A DNA stretch of 64,000 bases from an uncultured cyanobacterium (GCA_963807635.1 CAWEDJ010000039.1:22767-86766), one strand, 5' to 3'. Shown: positions 10,789 through 24,665, numbered from the stretch's first letter. Program-made: numbers and translations. Notes: generated by a model from the letters alone, not told the origin.

Positions 10789-12184
10789 TCAAAATAAGGT
10801 TGTCGAACTACTCTTAGAAAACTCTTCTCCATAGCCCTCTTCTCCATGTTCACTGATATCCATGCCCTGGAGTTCATCACCAGGCTTGATCCGCAGACCC
10901 CAAATTGCATCGACAATTTTCAGGATAATATACGTCCCCAAACAGGCCCATATAATCGTGATTCCAACTCCTCCAATTTGAATCAGTAATTGAAAAGGAT
11001 TGCCTGCGATTAAGCCTTCTTTTCCTGCGCTATTAACGGTTGTTGTGGCAAAAATCCCTGTGAGAATTGCACCCACTGCACCACCCACTCCATGAACGGG
11101 AAATGTATCCAGGCTATCATCAATACCGAGTTGAATTTTGAGGGTAATCGCAAAAAAACAGCAAACTGAGGCGATTATGCCAATCACAAGAGCCGACATC
11201 GGAGTGACAAAACCCGCTCCAGGGGTAACACCGACTAAGCCGACAACGACCCCCGTAGCAGCTCCCACAGTGGTGGGTTTTCCTCTTAAAAATTGTTCTA
11301 ATAAGAGCCAAGTTAACATGGCGGATGCTGCACTAGTATTCGTCGCCACAAAAGCACTGGTTGCTAAGGCTCCAGAAGAAAGTGCGCTACCTGCATTAAA
11401 ACCGAACCAACCATACCAGAGTAATCCTGAGCCTAGCAAAATAAATGGTATGTTATGGGGCGCGGAAATTTGATTCGGGTAGGCCCTACGGGGCAATGAC
11501 GATCGCAGCAACCAGAGCAGAAAAACCTGAAGCAGTATGAACAACTGTTCCACCTGCAAAATCTAGAGTGTTGATACCGCCATTTACCCCTAAGAAACCG
11601 CCTTTTCCCCAAACCATGTGGGCCATAGGACAGTAAACAAAAATTAACCAGAGAACCAGAAATAAACAATAGGATCTGAAGGGAACTCGTTCGACGATCG
11701 CCCCTGAAATCAGGGCAGGGGTAATAATGGCAAACATTGCCTGGTAGATCATGAAAGTTTGATGGGGGATGGTGGGGGCATAGGAGACCATTTCATCAGG
11801 TAAACTTCCCTGGAGATATCCTGTGGTTTCTAGCCCTACTCCATTTAAAAAAGCCCACTGTATGCCGCCAATCACGGGAAATCCAGGAGCAAAAGCTAAA
11901 CTATAACCCACTAAAACCCAAGTGACTGCCACAATTCCCAAGGCAATAAAACTCATCATCAAGGTGTTGAGTACATTTTTCTTGGCAACAAATCCACCAT
12001 AAAAAAAAGCGAGTCCCACTGTCATTAACAAAACGAGTCCACTGGAATTGAGCATAAAACCAGTGTCTGCCGAGATTTGAGCCGTCATAGCGTCTGTTTC
12101 AGCGAATGCCTGTGCCACTGGAAGCGTTAGAAATGCCCCCAGGCTCAGTATGGCGATCGCTAAGTTTTTCCGAAATCCTGACAT
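10789..12184 (-). CDS. amt: Ammonium transporter (frameshift near 11490)
   Basis: YQAMFAIITPALISGA, DFAGGTVVH, LWYGWFGFNAGS and DDSLDTFPVHG motifs across two overlapping ORFs. Confidence 0.9.
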
Positions 12185-12443
12185 TATAAATAACCTCCCC
12201 ACAAAATAAAGGATTGATGCCGTAGTACCATTAAGATTTCATCAAGTTTACTCAGATCTTTTTGTCTTCTAGATCACGAATAGAGCATCAATTCGTTCTA
12301 AATTTTGCAGAACAACAACTATTTTATGAGAGATTTTTTCAAGATCGTTTTTTCGCGAATGAGTCTTTTCATCTCCATTTTCTGACGCAACTGTGGCAAA
12401 ATGGGCATAGATATTAACCCGAAACTGATCTATCATCCTTCCC

Positions 12444-15164
12444 ATGACTGCCAACCTTCCCCCCCAATACGACCCAACTCTTACTGAATCAAAATGGCAA
12501 GCCGCGTGGGAAAAAGAACAGGTTTTCAAAGCCGATCCAGACCACCAGGGAGAACCCTATTGCATCGTTATTCCCCCTCCCAATGTGACGGGAAGCTTGC
12601 ACATGGGTCACGCCTTTGAGAGTGCCTTAATTGATACTCTGATTCGTTACCACCGTATGAAGGGCGACAATACCCTGTGGTTGCCTGGTACCGATCATGC
12701 CAGCATTGCCGTACAAACAATTCTCGAAAAACAACTCAAGGCAGAAGGCAAAAATCGGGATGATTTGGGACGGGAAAAATTTTTAGAACGAGCTTGGCAA
12801 TGGAAAGAAGAATCGGGCGGAACCATTGTTAATCAACTGCGATCGCTGGGTGTATCAGTCGATTGGTCACGGGAACGGTTTACCTTGGATGAGGGGCTTT
12901 CTCATTCAGTAAAAACCGCCTTTATTCAACTCTATGAAGAAGGATTGATTTATCGGGGTAATTATTTAGTCAATTGGTGTCCGTCTTCCCAGTCGGCGGT
13001 GTCGGATTTGGAAATCGAAAATGAAGAAGTGAATGGCCATCTCTGGTATTTGCGCTATCCCTTAACTGATGGTACGGGGGAACTGGTTGTGGCGACGACT
13101 CGACCTGAAACCATGCTAGGCGATACGGGGGTTGCGGTTAATCCGAACGATGAGCGTTATCAGGCTTTTATTGGAAAAACCGTTACTTTACCCATTGTGG
13201 GTCGTGAAATTCCGATTTTTGCTGATGAATTAGTTGATCCCGCCTTTGGAACGGGTTGCGTCAAAGTTACGCCCGCCCATGATCCCAATGATTTCGAGAT
13301 GGGTAAACGTCATCAATTACCTTTTATTAATATTCTCAATAAAGACGGCACAGTAAACGAAAATGGCGGAATTTTCGCAGGACAAGATCGTTTTGATGTG
13401 CGAAAAAATTTGGTTAAAACCCTTGATGACACAGGATTTTTGGTTAAAGTCGAAGATTACAAACATACCGTTCCCTACAGCGATCGCGGAAAAGTTCCCG
13501 TTGAGCCTTTATTGTCAACGCAATGGTTTGTCAAAATTGAACCGTTAGCGAGTAAGGCCTTGCAATGTTTAGATCAAGAAAATTCTCCTCGCTTTGTTCC
13601 CGAACGCTGGTCAAAAGTTTATCGAGATTGGTTAATTAAGCTCAAAGATTGGTGTATTTCCCGTCAATTGTGGTGGGGACATCAAATTCCCGCTTGGTAC
13701 GTGGTCAGTGAAACCGAGGGACAAATTACCGACCACACACCTTTTATTGTGGCGAATAGTGAGTTTGAAGCCTTAGAACAAGCCAAAGCAAAATATGGCG
13801 ATCGCTGTCAATTAGAACAAGATCCTGATGTTTTAGATACCTGGTTTTCGTCGGGACTGTGGCCTTTTTCTACAATGGGTTGGCCTGATGAAACGAAAGA
13901 CTTAGCAACCTATTATCCCAATGCAACCTTGGTAACAGGCTTTGATATTATCTTTTTCTGGGTCGCGCGGATGACCATGATGGCGGGTCATTTTACAGGC
14001 GAGATGCCCTTTAAGGATGTCTATATTCATGGGTTAGTACGGGATGAAAAGGGCAAAAAAATGTCTAAATCGGCTAATAATGGCATTGATCCCCTGATTT
14101 TAATCCGTAAATATGGAACCGATGCCCTGCGTTATACCCTCATTCGGGAAGTGGCGGGAGCGGGTCAGGATATTAGTCTGCAATATAGTCGTAAAACTGA
14201 TGAATCGGAGTCGGTGGAAGCTTCTCGAAATTTTGCCAATAAACTCTGGAATGCTACCCGATTTGTGATGATGAATCTGGAGGAAAAAACGCCTGAGCAG
14301 TTGGGCAGTCCTAATTTAGCAGAATTGGAATTAGGCGATCGCTGGATTTTGTCCCGTTTAAATCAGGTGATTAAACAAACCAGGGAAAATCTGGAAACCT
14401 ATGGATTAGGAGAAGCGGCTAAGGGTTTATACGAATTTATTTGGGGTGATTTTTGTGATTGGTATATCGAGTTAATTAAACCCCGTCTTTGGAAAGAAAG
14501 TGGTGATCTTTCTCGTTTAGTGGCTCAACAAACATTGGCTCAAGTATTAGAAAATATCTTGAAATTACTCCATCCTTTTATGCCCCACATTACCGAAGAA
14601 TTGTGGCAGACTTTAACTCAAAAAGAAGGACAGTTTTTAGCATTACAAACCTATCCCCAGATTAACGCCGAACTGATTGATCCAAGCCTAGAAGAAACTT
14701 TTGTTAATTTAATTGAAACGATTCGCACCATTCGTAATCTGCGAGCCGAAGCGGAAATTAAACCAGGAATTAAAGCTTCCGTTATTCTTCAGAGTGCTAG
14801 TGAAAAAGAACGAGCAATGTTAGCCGCAGGGCAAAGCTATTTAGAAAATTTGGGGAAAGTCGAAGGTTTAACGATTACAGAAACCTTAGATAATGAAAAT
14901 ATTCAATGTATTGCAGGGGTCGTCGGTACAACTCAAGTACTCATTCCCCTATCAGGTTTGATTGATATTGGCACTCTAAAGGCTAAGCTAGAGAAAAAAC
15001 TTGCTAAAATTGAAAAAGAAGCGGAATCTATTTCAAGCCGTTTAAATAATCCTACTTTTGTGGGTAAAGCTCCCGAATCGGTCATTGCAGGAGCTAAAGC
15101 AAATCTCGCCGAAGCCGAAACCCAAGCTGAAATTCTGCGATCGCGACTAAAAAGACTCCAATAA
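12444..15164 (+). CDS. valS: Valine--tRNA ligase
   Basis: [25 protein letters not shown] and KMSKS motifs, C-terminal coiled coil. Confidence 0.98.
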   Translation: MTANLPPQYDPTLTESKWQAAWEKEQVFKADPDHQGEPYCIVIPPPNVTGSLHMGHAFESALIDTLIRYHRMKGDNTLWLPGTDHASIAVQTILEKQLKAEGKNRDDLGREKFLERAWQWKEESGGTIVNQLRSLGVSVDWSRERFTLDEGLSHSVKTAFIQLYEEGLIYRGNYLVNWCPSSQSAVSDLEIENEEVNGHLWYLRYPLTDGTGELVVATTRPETMLGDTGVAVNPNDERYQAFIGKTVTLPIVGREIPIFADELVDPAFGTGCVKVTPAHDPNDFEMGKRHQLPFINILNKDGTVNENGGIFAGQDRFDVRKNLVKTLDDTGFLVKVEDYKHTVPYSDRGKVPVEPLLSTQWFVKIEPLASKALQCLDQENSPRFVPERWSKVYRDWLIKLKDWCISRQLWWGHQIPAWYVVSETEGQITDHTPFIVANSEFEALEQAKAKYGDRCQLEQDPDVLDTWFSSGLWPFSTMGWPDETKDLATYYPNATLVTGFDIIFFWVARMTMMAGHFTGEMPFKDVYIHGLVRDEKGKKMSKSANNGIDPLILIRKYGTDALRYTLIREVAGAGQDISLQYSRKTDESESVEASRNFANKLWNATRFVMMNLEEKTPEQLGSPNLAELELGDRWILSRLNQVIKQTRENLETYGLGEAAKGLYEFIWGDFCDWYIELIKPRLWKESGDLSRLVAQQTLAQVLENILKLLHPFMPHITEELWQTLTQKEGQFLALQTYPQINAELIDPSLEETFVNLIETIRTIRNLRAEAEIKPGIKASVILQSASEKERAMLAAGQSYLENLGKVEGLTITETLDNENIQCIAGVVGTTQVLIPLSGLIDIGTLKAKLEKKLAKIEKEAESISSRLNNPTFVGKAPESVIAGAKANLAEAETQAEILRSRLKRLQ

Positions 15165-15214
15165 TCAAGACAATTTTTTTCATTAAATCATTAGCATTTT
15201 AAAGGTGCTTAGTT

Positions 15215-15628
15215 ATGCTGTACCTTGCACAAGTTACTAAAAATCCCTATTTAAGTGAACTAGAATTGCAATTGATTGTCAAAGAAACCCATGAGCATCT
15301 TTGGCAAAAAACTTCTGGCACTCTTTATATGGAGAATAGGGAAACCTTACAAAGGTTTAATGAGGGAGTATTGGTTTTAGTAGAAGTGGATGAAAACAAA
15401 CAAATTTTGCAGATTAATAGTGCAACAAACTGGATACTAGATATTGTTGAAGAATTTTTAAGTGAACTTAAATTAACACCTGAATTTATTCAACAAGAAG
15501 AAGCACGCATTGAACAAGCTCGTCAGGAAATAACTTCAAAAAATTTAGATTTAACCCGTCGTCAATTGGAAATAGAAACCCAACGAGAACAGATTCAAGC
15601 CGTAGAATCCAGTCTTTCTAGATCTTAA
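15215..15628 (+). CDS. Hypothetical coiled-coil protein (cyanobacterial)
   Basis: 137-aa ORF starting MLYLAQV, C-terminal coiled coil. Confidence 0.7.
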   Translation: MLYLAQVTKNPYLSELELQLIVKETHEHLWQKTSGTLYMENRETLQRFNEGVLVLVEVDENKQILQINSATNWILDIVEEFLSELKLTPEFIQQEEARIEQARQEITSKNLDLTRRQLEIETQREQIQAVESSLSRS

Positions 15629-15635
15629 TCAATAT

Positions 15636-16223
15636 TTATTTCTTCTTAGATTTTGAGATTTTGGAAGATTTTTTAGATTGTTGCGATCGCCCTGCGGCAC
15701 TGCGTGATCGCGTTTTTTGAGTTTGGTTTCGTTTATAGGCTGATCCGATCCAATCACTGATGGAATGACTCATTGCGCCCAATTCCAATCCGATGATCAG
15801 GGCTAATAATGCTTGGGTATCTGTTTGATTCCAAACAGGAAATAGTTTTTGTGAATTAATGACCGATTGAAAATTAACATAACCGAAAAAATAGGCGATC
15901 GCGGCAATCATCCCCGACAAAATCAAAATGATCAAACTGATATAAATTAATCGTAGGATCGTACCAATAAGCAAACCATGAGACAGTTGGGAACGGTGAC
16001 GAATCGCTGAACGATAGGGAATCCAAATCCACCGAAACCAACCCCACCGTTTATATTGCACAGAATAAATATCCAAATCGGGGCCAAACATCAAACCACT
16101 AAACAAAAAACCACCCGTTAGAATTAAAGCTAATTTACCGTTTTGGGTCAAAAAATAGCCAATTCCTGAAACGAGAGGAACCGTCCAAAGGGTTATGCGA
16201 TCGTGGGTTTGACCAGAGGGCAT
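15636..16223 (-). CDS. DUF2227 family putative metal-binding membrane protein
   Basis: MPSGQTHD, FGPDLD, RHRS.LSHG and SHSISD motifs. Confidence 0.85.
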   Translation of the reverse strand: MPSGQTHDRITLWTVPLVSGIGYFLTQNGKLALILTGGFLFSGLMFGPDLDIYSVQYKRWGWFRWIWIPYRSAIRHRSQLSHGLLIGTILRLIYISLIILILSGMIAAIAYFFGYVNFQSVINSQKLFPVWNQTDTQALLALIIGLELGAMSHSISDWIGSAYKRNQTQKTRSRSAAGRSQQSKKSSKISKSKKK

Positions 16224-16298
16224 AGAGTTTAAAAAATAAATTTGCGATCGGGGTGATCTAAGAATTGCATTTATGTTATAGTAAGTTTGCGTTAATTT

Positions 16299-16371
<73 letters not shown>

Positions 16372-16444
16372 TTCTTGATATATTACTGTTGTTCTGCGGA
16401 TAGATATTTGCACGGCAAAAATTATCAAATCTAGTGAGTAAACT

Positions 16445-16669
16445 ATGTGGCGAGTGAATATTCGGTGTGATGAAGCGGCGTGGAAAGCCTTTGGTGCAGA
16501 TTTTAAATCCATGACCGCAACCTATCCCTGTGAATTAATCGGTTCCCAAAAAATGCCCGATGGTTCACGCATTATGGGCTACAAGATTGAGAGCGTGGAC
16601 GAAGCCGAAACCTTTCAGGAAATGTGCGAAAAGTTTGCAGGCTTTACGACGGATTACGAATCTCTCTAG
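16445..16669 (+). CDS. Hypothetical protein
   Basis: 74-aa ORF with ATG start and plausible composition. Confidence 0.6.
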   Translation: MWRVNIRCDEAAWKAFGADFKSMTATYPCELIGSQKMPDGSRIMGYKIESVDEAETFQEMCEKFAGFTTDYESL

Positions 16670-16730
16670 GCAGGGAAAATCGGGACTGATTTTTTGGTAG
16701 GATAGCGACATCCAGAGGGGAAGGTTTCCT

Positions 16731-17710
16731 ATGCCAAAACAACAGCCATCAGCAAAAACTGAGATGATCGAACAACTACAACGCACTATTGAGCAGTTGC
16801 AAACGGTTGTGGAGTCATTACAAACGGACTCAGTGGACAGATTGCCGCCTCAAAATGCTGTTGATAATCTAGTCAGAACCAGCGATCGTTTGCCCTTTCC
16901 CTCTCGCCCGAACTTGCGTCAGATGCAGAAAATATTTCCTCACCCCAAACTAGACCTTTAAGAACTTCAGCCAACGCGCCCTCTGATGATTCCTGGGTAA
17001 CGGAGGAAGAGGAAGAAGACATTGAGGGTTTAGACCGATTATTGCCGACCTTTGGCGGGTTACAAAATTGGTGGGACGGCGTATTGGTCGGGATTCGGAA
17101 ATTTTTACCGCGAAAAGTGAATAATAATCTTTCTGATTGGGGATTAACGAGTTTTCTTGCTATTTTAGTGGTGATAGCTCTGATTAGTTCGGTTTTACTC
17201 TTGCCCATCAATCCCCCTGAATTTCCTAAAGATATTGCCGAAAATTTAATCAATCAATTGGATGACACGGAAGAATTTCCCCCCGATCTTTCCTCACCCG
17301 ATGCGATCGCCAATCCGCCCGAATTAGTTGCCCCTGAACCTGCCCAACCGATTGAACTGAACGAGCCGCCCGCATCGCCTCTGACCCCCGAACAGAGCTT
17401 AATTGGAGCGATTCAACAAGAGGTCAAGGATTTAACTATTCAATATCCCGATGGCTTGATTTTGGCGATCGCACCCAATTTTTTGGCGAGTCAATTAACA
17501 GTTACTTTGAGCAATGATTGGTATGACCTAAGCCCCCAACGACAAGATAATTTTGCTGATACCATTTGGCAACGTTCCCAAAAACTAGCCTTTCGCAAAC
17601 TGAATCTCCTTGGCCCAACGGGAGGCTTGCTGGCTCGTAATCCTGTGGTTGGGGATAAAGTGATTGTCCTGGAGCGACAAGTTCCCAGTCTTGATCGCCC
17701 AACCTTGTAG
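16731..17710 (+). CDS. Hypothetical single-pass membrane protein (frameshift near 16900)
   Basis: ORFs 16731-16961 and 17042-17710. TM helix, Pro-rich linker and C-terminal LLARNPVVG. Confidence 0.6.
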
Positions 17711-17932
17711 AGAGGACTGCGATCGCTTTTTTGTCCATGCCAGAAAAATGAGACAATATTGTTAAATTTTGTAAAAAAATATTGCGGTAGGTTACTGTAT
17801 TCTGGCTTGATTAAAGGAGAGAATTAGTCGTTATTTTGAATTTGAAATAACCGTTGGCTAGATTCGGTCAGTTATCGTCTTTTTCATTCTTGTTATCTAT
17901 TCAAACATTAAAAATCGAGGGAAAACTTGTCC

Positions 17933-18295
17933 ATGTTCAAAAAATTATTTGGTGGGAAGAAAAACGAATTTTTTATAGAGTTAGACGAATCCAAGGCTCC
18001 CAAGGCAGAATCTCCTGCCCCTGCGGAAGTTGCTCCCGCTACTGCGGTGAAAGCTGAACCCGTTGCAGCAACCGAAAAGCCCGCTTCAAAGAAAACTTCG
18101 GTTAAAAGCAAAGGAAAAACAACCCCAAAAGTAGAAGCCGCTCCCGTCAAGGTTGCGCCCGCCCCCGTTAAGGTTGAACCCACTGAGGTCAAATTTGCAA
18201 CCCAAACTTTTGCACCCAGCCTGAGTCGTCGTAATCCTGGCCCTAGTTTGGATAAATTCAAAGCAATGGCTCGTGAGTCCAAAAGTGTTCGATAA
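17933..18295 (+). CDS. Hypothetical Ala/Pro/Lys-rich protein
   Basis: MFKKLFGGKK...RRNPGPSLDKFKAMARE, followed by a terminator. Confidence 0.7.
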   Translation: MFKKLFGGKKNEFFIELDESKAPKAESPAPAEVAPATAVKAEPVAATEKPASKKTSVKSKGKTTPKVEAAPVKVAPAPVKVEPTEVKFATQTFAPSLSRRNPGPSLDKFKAMARESKSVR

Positions 18296-18331
18296 ATTAT
18301 CACTTTTATTAGGTAAGTAAATGATTTTTTG

Positions 18332-18363
18332 ACCCAGGATTCGTTTTCTGGGTTTATTTTTTT
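18332..18363 (+). terminator. Intrinsic terminator
   Basis: ACCCAGGA...TTCTGGGT stem followed by a T-rich tract. Confidence 0.55.
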
Positions 18364-18676
18364 GTCAACTGCTTTTCTCTATTTTTGCTCCTCTGATGCG
18401 ATCCCCGACTTGTTAGGAAGCTGACTTTTACCGTCAAGTCTGAAAACGATGACAAAATAAGGTTTTTAAACTCTCCGATGTTTTCAATAAGCGAGTTTTA
18501 ATGATAATAGTCGACGAGAGAATAAGACTTTGAGATAGAGAGAAATCAAGGATCGCTCAAACAAAAAGATAACGGGAACAGTCAGATTGTTCAATATTTT
18601 ACAAATCATTTTGTGAACAGGAGAACCTAATGACATAAAATATAATTACTTCTACATTATTGCAATTATTCGTACA

Positions 18677-20768
18677 ATGAAAGCCACCGAAGCTAATTTA
18701 CTAGATTTTATTAGAAAATCATCTCAGTTTATTATTCCAATCTACCAACGCACATACTCTTGGACGGACAAAGAGTGTAAACAGTTATGGGATGATATTA
18801 TTCGTACTGGCTTAAATGACGAGATTAAAGCGCACTTTGTTGGTTCGATTGTCTATATTGAAAAAGGAATATATCATGTATCAAGTCAGTCTCAACTGTT
18901 GGTGATTGATGGCCAACAGCGTTTAACGACTATTACATTGCTTATTGCGGCATTGGCTAATGCAATCGGCGATCAAGAAATTGCAGAAGGATTTTCAAGA
19001 AGAAAGTTAAGGAATTATTATTTACTAAATCCTGAAGAAGAAGGAGAAATGCACTTTAAGTTAATTCTCTCACAAACTGATAAAAATTCTTTGATTTCTA
19101 TTCTTAGAAGATCTTGAAAAACCAAAAGATTTTTCTATTCGTATCTTGGAAAATTTTAATTTATTTTAATCTCTAATTAGTAATCGAAAAGATGATTTAA
19201 GAATTATCTGTAAAGGGTTAGCAAAATTACTAGTTGTTGATATTGCATTAAGCCGTGATCAAGATAATCCTCAGCTTATTTTTGAGAGTATGAATTCTAC
19301 AGGTCGTGAACTTAGTCAAGCTGACTTAATTCGTAACTATATTTTGATGGGTCTTGAGCCTCAACTTCAAACAGAACTATATGAAAAATACTGGCGACCA
19401 ATGGAAATAGAATTTGGTCAAGAAGCCTATGGTAGCCAATTTGACGGATTTATGCGCCATTATTTAACGGTAAAAACAGGCACTATTCCTAATTTAGGAC
19501 AAGTCTATGAAGCATTCAAGGAATATGCCAGATATTCTGTTGTTGAGCAAGCTGGAATCGAAAAATTGGTAAGTGATATTCGTACATTTTCTCGTTATTT
19601 TTGTGCAATGGCTATCGGTCTTGAGCCAGAAAATGATCTCAAGTTAGCCTTTCAAGATTTAAGAGAATTAAAAGTCGATGTAGCTTATCCTTTGCTTTTA
19701 GAACTTTATCATGATTATAAAAATCAAATACTTTCTAAAGGAGATTTCTTACAAGCTATTCGATTGGTTGAATCCTATGTATTTCGGCGTGCGGTTTGTG
19801 CAATTCCCACAAATTCGATGAACAAAACATTTAATACATTAACAAAATCTCTTAAGAAAGAGCGTTATCTCGAAAGCATAGGTGCTTATTTGCTTTTGTT
19901 ACCATCCTATCGCCGTTTTCCACGTGATGAAGAGTTTAAAAAGGATTTACAGACAAAAGATCTTTATAAATTTCGTAGCCGTAGCTATTGGATTCGTCGG
20001 TTAGAAAATTACAATAGAAAGGAACGTGTTTCAATTGATGAATATACGATTGAACATATTATGCCTCAAAATGAAAATTTACCTTCAGCTTGGAAATTAG
20101 AATTAGGAGTAGATTGGAAAAGAATTCATGGAACTTATTTACATACGCTCGGAAATTTAACGCTTACAGGCTATAACTCTGAATACAGCGATAAATCCTT
20201 TATCGACAAACGAGATATGAAGAATGGCTTTAAGGATAGTCCTCTTAATCTTAACCAAGGACTTGGGCAGATAGAACAATGGAACGAAGGAAGCATTCGC
20301 CAACGAGCAGATCAACTTTCGAGCTTGGCACTAGATGTCTGGCCTGCACCTCAACTAACAGAAAATATTCTGAATTCTTTTAGGACAACTCCCATATCAG
20401 TCAGTTATTCAATTAATGAACATCCTCATTTACTGTCAGGAAAAATGCGAGAGGTGTTTGAAGCATTCCGAAAAGAAGTTTTAGCTCTTGATTCTTGCAT
20501 TACGGAAGAATTCCTTAAGCTTTATGTTGCCTATAAAGCAGAAACTAATTTTGTGGATGTCGTCCCACAAGCTAAACGATTACGTCTTTCTGTTAATATT
20601 CCTTTTATAGAGATAGATGATCCAAAAAATCTCTGTAAAGATGCTACTAAATTAGGACGTTGGGGGAATGGTGATGTTGAAATTGGATTGTCGTCCCTGG
20701 ATGAATTGCCCTACGTTATGGGAATAGTTCGTCAAGCTCTTGAAAGACAGATGGGTGATATAGAATAA
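18677..20768 (+). pseudogene. GmrSD-like DUF262-DUF1524 nuclease with C-terminal DUF5655-like domain, disrupted
   Basis: IPIYQR, IDGQQRLTT, FESMNSTG, EHIMPQ and GNLTL motifs. +1 frameshift near 19105 and in-frame TAA at 19167. Confidence 0.85.
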
Positions 20769-20935
20769 GAATGATTTGTGATCGCATTTTTGTTTCTAGA
20801 TTTGAAACTGCGATCGCCTACCACTGAATAATTTAGAAAGAAATGTAAAATTGATTAAATTTTTCTCTAGAGATTTGCTATTTTAGAGAATCGAGCGTCA
20901 ATCTTCATTCCTAATTTGTCCCTGCATAAACGCCC

Positions 20936-22738
20936 ATGTCCCTAATTGTCCAAAAATACGGTGGAACCTCAGTCGGAACCGTCGAACGCATCCAAGCGGT
21001 TGCCCAACGAGTTCAGAAAACAGTACGCGATGGTCATTCTGTGGTTGTCGTTGTCTCTGCGATGGGAAAAACCACCGATACCCTCGTCAATTTGGCCCAG
21101 GCGATTTCACCCAATCCCAGTCGTCGGGAAATGGATATGCTAGTTTCGACGGGAGAACAGGTTTCCATTGCTCTTTTAAGTATGGCTCTTCAAGAATTAG
21201 GACAGGCGGCCATTTCCCTCACGGGCGCGCAAGTGGGCATTGTCACGGAAGCAGAACATAGCCGAGCGCGGATTTTAGAAATTAAACCCGATCGCCTCAA
21301 ACACCATCTGGATGAAGGCAAGGTGATTGTGGTGGCAGGTTTTCAGGGAATAAGTAGTATTGATCACCTAGAAATTACCACCCTGGGACGAGGCGGATCG
21401 GATACCTCGGCGGTGGCATTGGCGGCGGCATTAAAAGCGGATTTGTGCGAAATTTATACCGATGTGCCTGGCATTTTGACCACCGATCCCCGTTTAGTTC
21501 CCGAAGCTCAGTTACTCGAAGAAATTACCTGTGATGAAATGCTGGAACTGGCGAGTTTGGGCGCGAATGTGTTGCATCCGAGAGCCGTTGAGATTGCCCG
21601 TAATTTTGGGGTTTTGTTAGTGGTGCGCTCTAGTTGGAGTGATGCCCCAGGTACCAGGGTTGTTGCACCGCCCCCGAAACCGCGATCGCTGGTGGGTTTA
21701 GAAATTACTAAGGCCGTTGATTCCGTTGAATTTGATCATGATCAGGCAAAAGTGGCTTTACTCAGGATTCCCGATCGCCCAGGGATTGCGGCCAAATTAT
21801 TTGGAGAAATTTCCCATCAACGGGTAGATGTGGATCTGATTATTCAGTCAATCCACGAAGGAAATAGTAACGATATCGCCTTTACCGTTGTTAAAAAGAT
21901 GCTGACCAAGGCGGAATCTGTTACCGAAGCGATCGCCCCTGCCCTACGAGAACATCCCAGTAATACCCAGGAAGCCGAAGTCATTGTGGAAAAACAGGTC
22001 GCCAAAGTCGCGATCGCGGGAGCAGGTATTATCGGGCGGCCAGGCATTGCGGCCAAAATGTTCAAAACCCTAGCCGATGCCAAAATTAACATCGAAATGA
22101 TTTCTACCTCCGAAGTCAAGGTGAGTTGTCTGATCGATGAATCTCAGGGAGATTTGGCCATTGAGGCTCTGTGTAAAGCCTTTGGAGTCAATCAAGCTCC
22201 CCCAACCAACGCCAGTCTGTTCGCCCATTTACCGCCCGTTCGCGGTGTTGCTCTAGATTTAAAACGCGCCCAAGTGGGGATTCGTCATATTCCCGATCGC
22301 CCTGGCATGGCTGCACAAATTTTCATGGCTTTAGCAGATCACAATATCAGTGTGGATATGATCATCCAATCCCAACGATGTCGCATTATTGAAGAGGTTC
22401 CTCGACGGGATATTGCCTTTACCATCGCCGAAAATGATATACACACAACTCGAACGGTATTAGAAAAATTAGCAATTAAATTAGGTTTAGGGGAAGTCGT
22501 GATTAATGAAGAGGTCGCCAAAGTGAGCATTGTGGGATCAGGAATGGTCGGTCATCCAGGGGTTGCCGCTAAATTCTTTAACGCCTTAGCTAAGGAAAAA
22601 ATTAATATCGAAATGATTGCAACCTCGGAAATTAAAGTGAGTTGCATTGTGTCTCAAGCAGATGCGGTCAGAGCCTTAAAATGTATCCACGAGACCTTTG
22701 GTTTGGCGGGGAAAGAGGTGGTTAATGTTCCTGCTTAA
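20936..22738 (+). CDS. lysC: Aspartate kinase (cyanobacterial long form with ACT repeats)
   Basis: QKYGGTSV and [12 protein letters not shown] motifs, repeated ACT domains. Confidence 0.96.
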   Translation: MSLIVQKYGGTSVGTVERIQAVAQRVQKTVRDGHSVVVVVSAMGKTTDTLVNLAQAISPNPSRREMDMLVSTGEQVSIALLSMALQELGQAAISLTGAQVGIVTEAEHSRARILEIKPDRLKHHLDEGKVIVVAGFQGISSIDHLEITTLGRGGSDTSAVALAAALKADLCEIYTDVPGILTTDPRLVPEAQLLEEITCDEMLELASLGANVLHPRAVEIARNFGVLLVVRSSWSDAPGTRVVAPPPKPRSLVGLEITKAVDSVEFDHDQAKVALLRIPDRPGIAAKLFGEISHQRVDVDLIIQSIHEGNSNDIAFTVVKKMLTKAESVTEAIAPALREHPSNTQEAEVIVEKQVAKVAIAGAGIIGRPGIAAKMFKTLADAKINIEMISTSEVKVSCLIDESQGDLAIEALCKAFGVNQAPPTNASLFAHLPPVRGVALDLKRAQVGIRHIPDRPGMAAQIFMALADHNISVDMIIQSQRCRIIEEVPRRDIAFTIAENDIHTTRTVLEKLAIKLGLGEVVINEEVAKVSIVGSGMVGHPGVAAKFFNALAKEKINIEMIATSEIKVSCIVSQADAVRALKCIHETFGLAGKEVVNVPA

Positions 22739-22805
22739 TCCATTTCTGTTGAATTTGTTTGACGTGATTTCTGCGATCGCTTTTTTGACCGTTGAGGAGA
22801 ATTAA

Positions 22806-23910
22806 ATGCCTCAATTTAAATTTAAGTATGTCGTTATTTTGGGCTTATTCATTTTCATTCCTTTGTCGATCGCATCGGATTTTTTGCATTGGAATGAGAC
22901 TGCTATTTTTATTTTATCTGCCCTGGCAATTATTCCCCTCTCGATCATTTTAAGTACAGCAACAGAAAAAGTCGCTGTGGTAACAGGGCCTTTCCCTGGG
23001 CGGTTTAATTAATGCGGTTTTCGGCAGTGCAACGGTTTTAATTATTACCCTAGTTGCCCTGAGAGAAGGTTTAGTCGATATCGTAAAAGCCAGTATTACA
23101 GGTAGTATTCTCAGTGATTTATTGCTTTTTTTAGGATTAGCAATGTTTACGGGCGGCATTCGTTATAAAGAACAGGAATTCCAACCGATTCTCGCCAGAG
23201 TCAATGGTTTATCGATGACCCTCGCTGTCATTGCGATCGCTTTACCGACCTTGGTAATTAATACCTCCAATATGATCGATGCCAGTATTGTTAAACAGTT
23301 GTCCATTGTGGTGGCAACGGTTTTAATTATTGTGTATGGATTAACGTTATTATTTTCCCTGAAAACCCATAGCTATCTCTACGATGTAAGTTTAGCCATT
23401 AAACCCGAAGCAACCGAAGAAAAAGAAGCAATTATTAATAATAATTCCTACTATTTAGCCGCCTGGGTCGTAATTTTAATTCTCACAACCATTGCCGTTG
23501 CTTTTGAGTCTGAATTATTTGTGGATGTGGTGGATGTGGTCGTCAAAGGTTACGGATTAACCCCCCTTTTTACAGGGGTCATTTTATTGCCCTTAATTAG
23601 TGATGTTGCTGGGGTTGTAACCGTTATTCAACTCTCTCTTAAAGATAAAATGGATCTGGTGGTCGCCACTGCCACAGGGGATAGTTTATTAATCTCTTTA
23701 TTGGTTGCGCCGATGTTAGTTTTTGCGGGATTAATCATGAATCAAAATATGGATCTTAATTTTAATCCCTTTGAAGTGGTCGCTTTAGCTGTATCGGTTA
23801 CGGTTACTAATTTGATTAGTTTTAGTGGGCGTTCTAATTGGTTAGATGGAACCTTACTGTTAGCAACCTATACGATTTTAGGCGTTGCTTTTTTCTATCA
23901 TCCCGCCTAA
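22806..23910 (+). CDS. Ca2+/H+ antiporter, CAX family (frameshift near 22995)
   Basis: ASITGSILSDLL, FSLKTH, MDLNFNPFE and SNWLDG motifs. Confidence 0.85.
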
Positions 23911-23917
23911 CTTTTCT

Positions 23918-24505
23918 CTAAATTTTTATGGCACTGGGTTCATTCATCGCCGCAATAATCCGATGACAGCCCGAATTCGGTTTCGCCCAATGGTATTGAT
24001 ATTCCTGGGGATTGCCCCGACAGAGTCCCAAAAAAAGTTCCGTTTGCGCCGCGTCAATTTCTGCCCATTCGGTTTCTGCGATTAATTCCAACAAAGAATC
24101 CGCACTAATCGGGCGACGATGATGGGCTGTGAGCCAAAATTCCATGCCCCTTGTCCTTTCTTCCCAAAATGCTAATACCGCAGCTTTGGCATTGATTAAG
24201 ATTTCCTTGTCTCCCTCAACGGGGATCAATTGATTATGCAATTCGGGATAGTGGAGGGAATGGTTTTGAAATCGACATTCTCGCCAAATAATGCCCGATA
24301 CGTTATGCGATCGCTGATATTCATGAATCTGTCGTCGAAAATCCTGATAAGCAAAGACTTTCCCCACTTTCTGCATATCGATCGCCTTAGCCACAACGAC
24401 ATTATCAAGCCGTTCAGCCGAAGATAAGAGAACACGCTTTCCCTGCCAAGTCGCCCGTAGTTCTTGGTCAAGAATGGTAATCAGTTCTTGGGTGGTATAG
24501 GTCAT
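23918..24505 (-). CDS. Hypothetical protein
   Basis: ORF from MTYTTQELI, host-like composition. Confidence 0.7.
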   Translation of the reverse strand: MTYTTQELITILDQELRATWQGKRVLLSSAERLDNVVVAKAIDMQKVGKVFAYQDFRRQIHEYQRSHNVSGIIWRECRFQNHSLHYPELHNQLIPVEGDKEILINAKAAVLAFWEERTRGMEFWLTAHHRRPISADSLLELIAETEWAEIDAAQTELFLGLCRGNPQEYQYHWAKPNSGCHRIIAAMNEPSAIKI

Positions 24506-24665
24506 GTCGTTACCCATCAAAATACACAATCTTAATGACTATGATAAGCTTATCGGTTAGTTCTGATGGGATCATTGATCAAAACCGATTTTCTGAGTTT
24601 TATTATTAACAGAATCATTATGCAATCTAAATTTGTGACAGCTTAGTAATGTTTCTCTACCCAAT

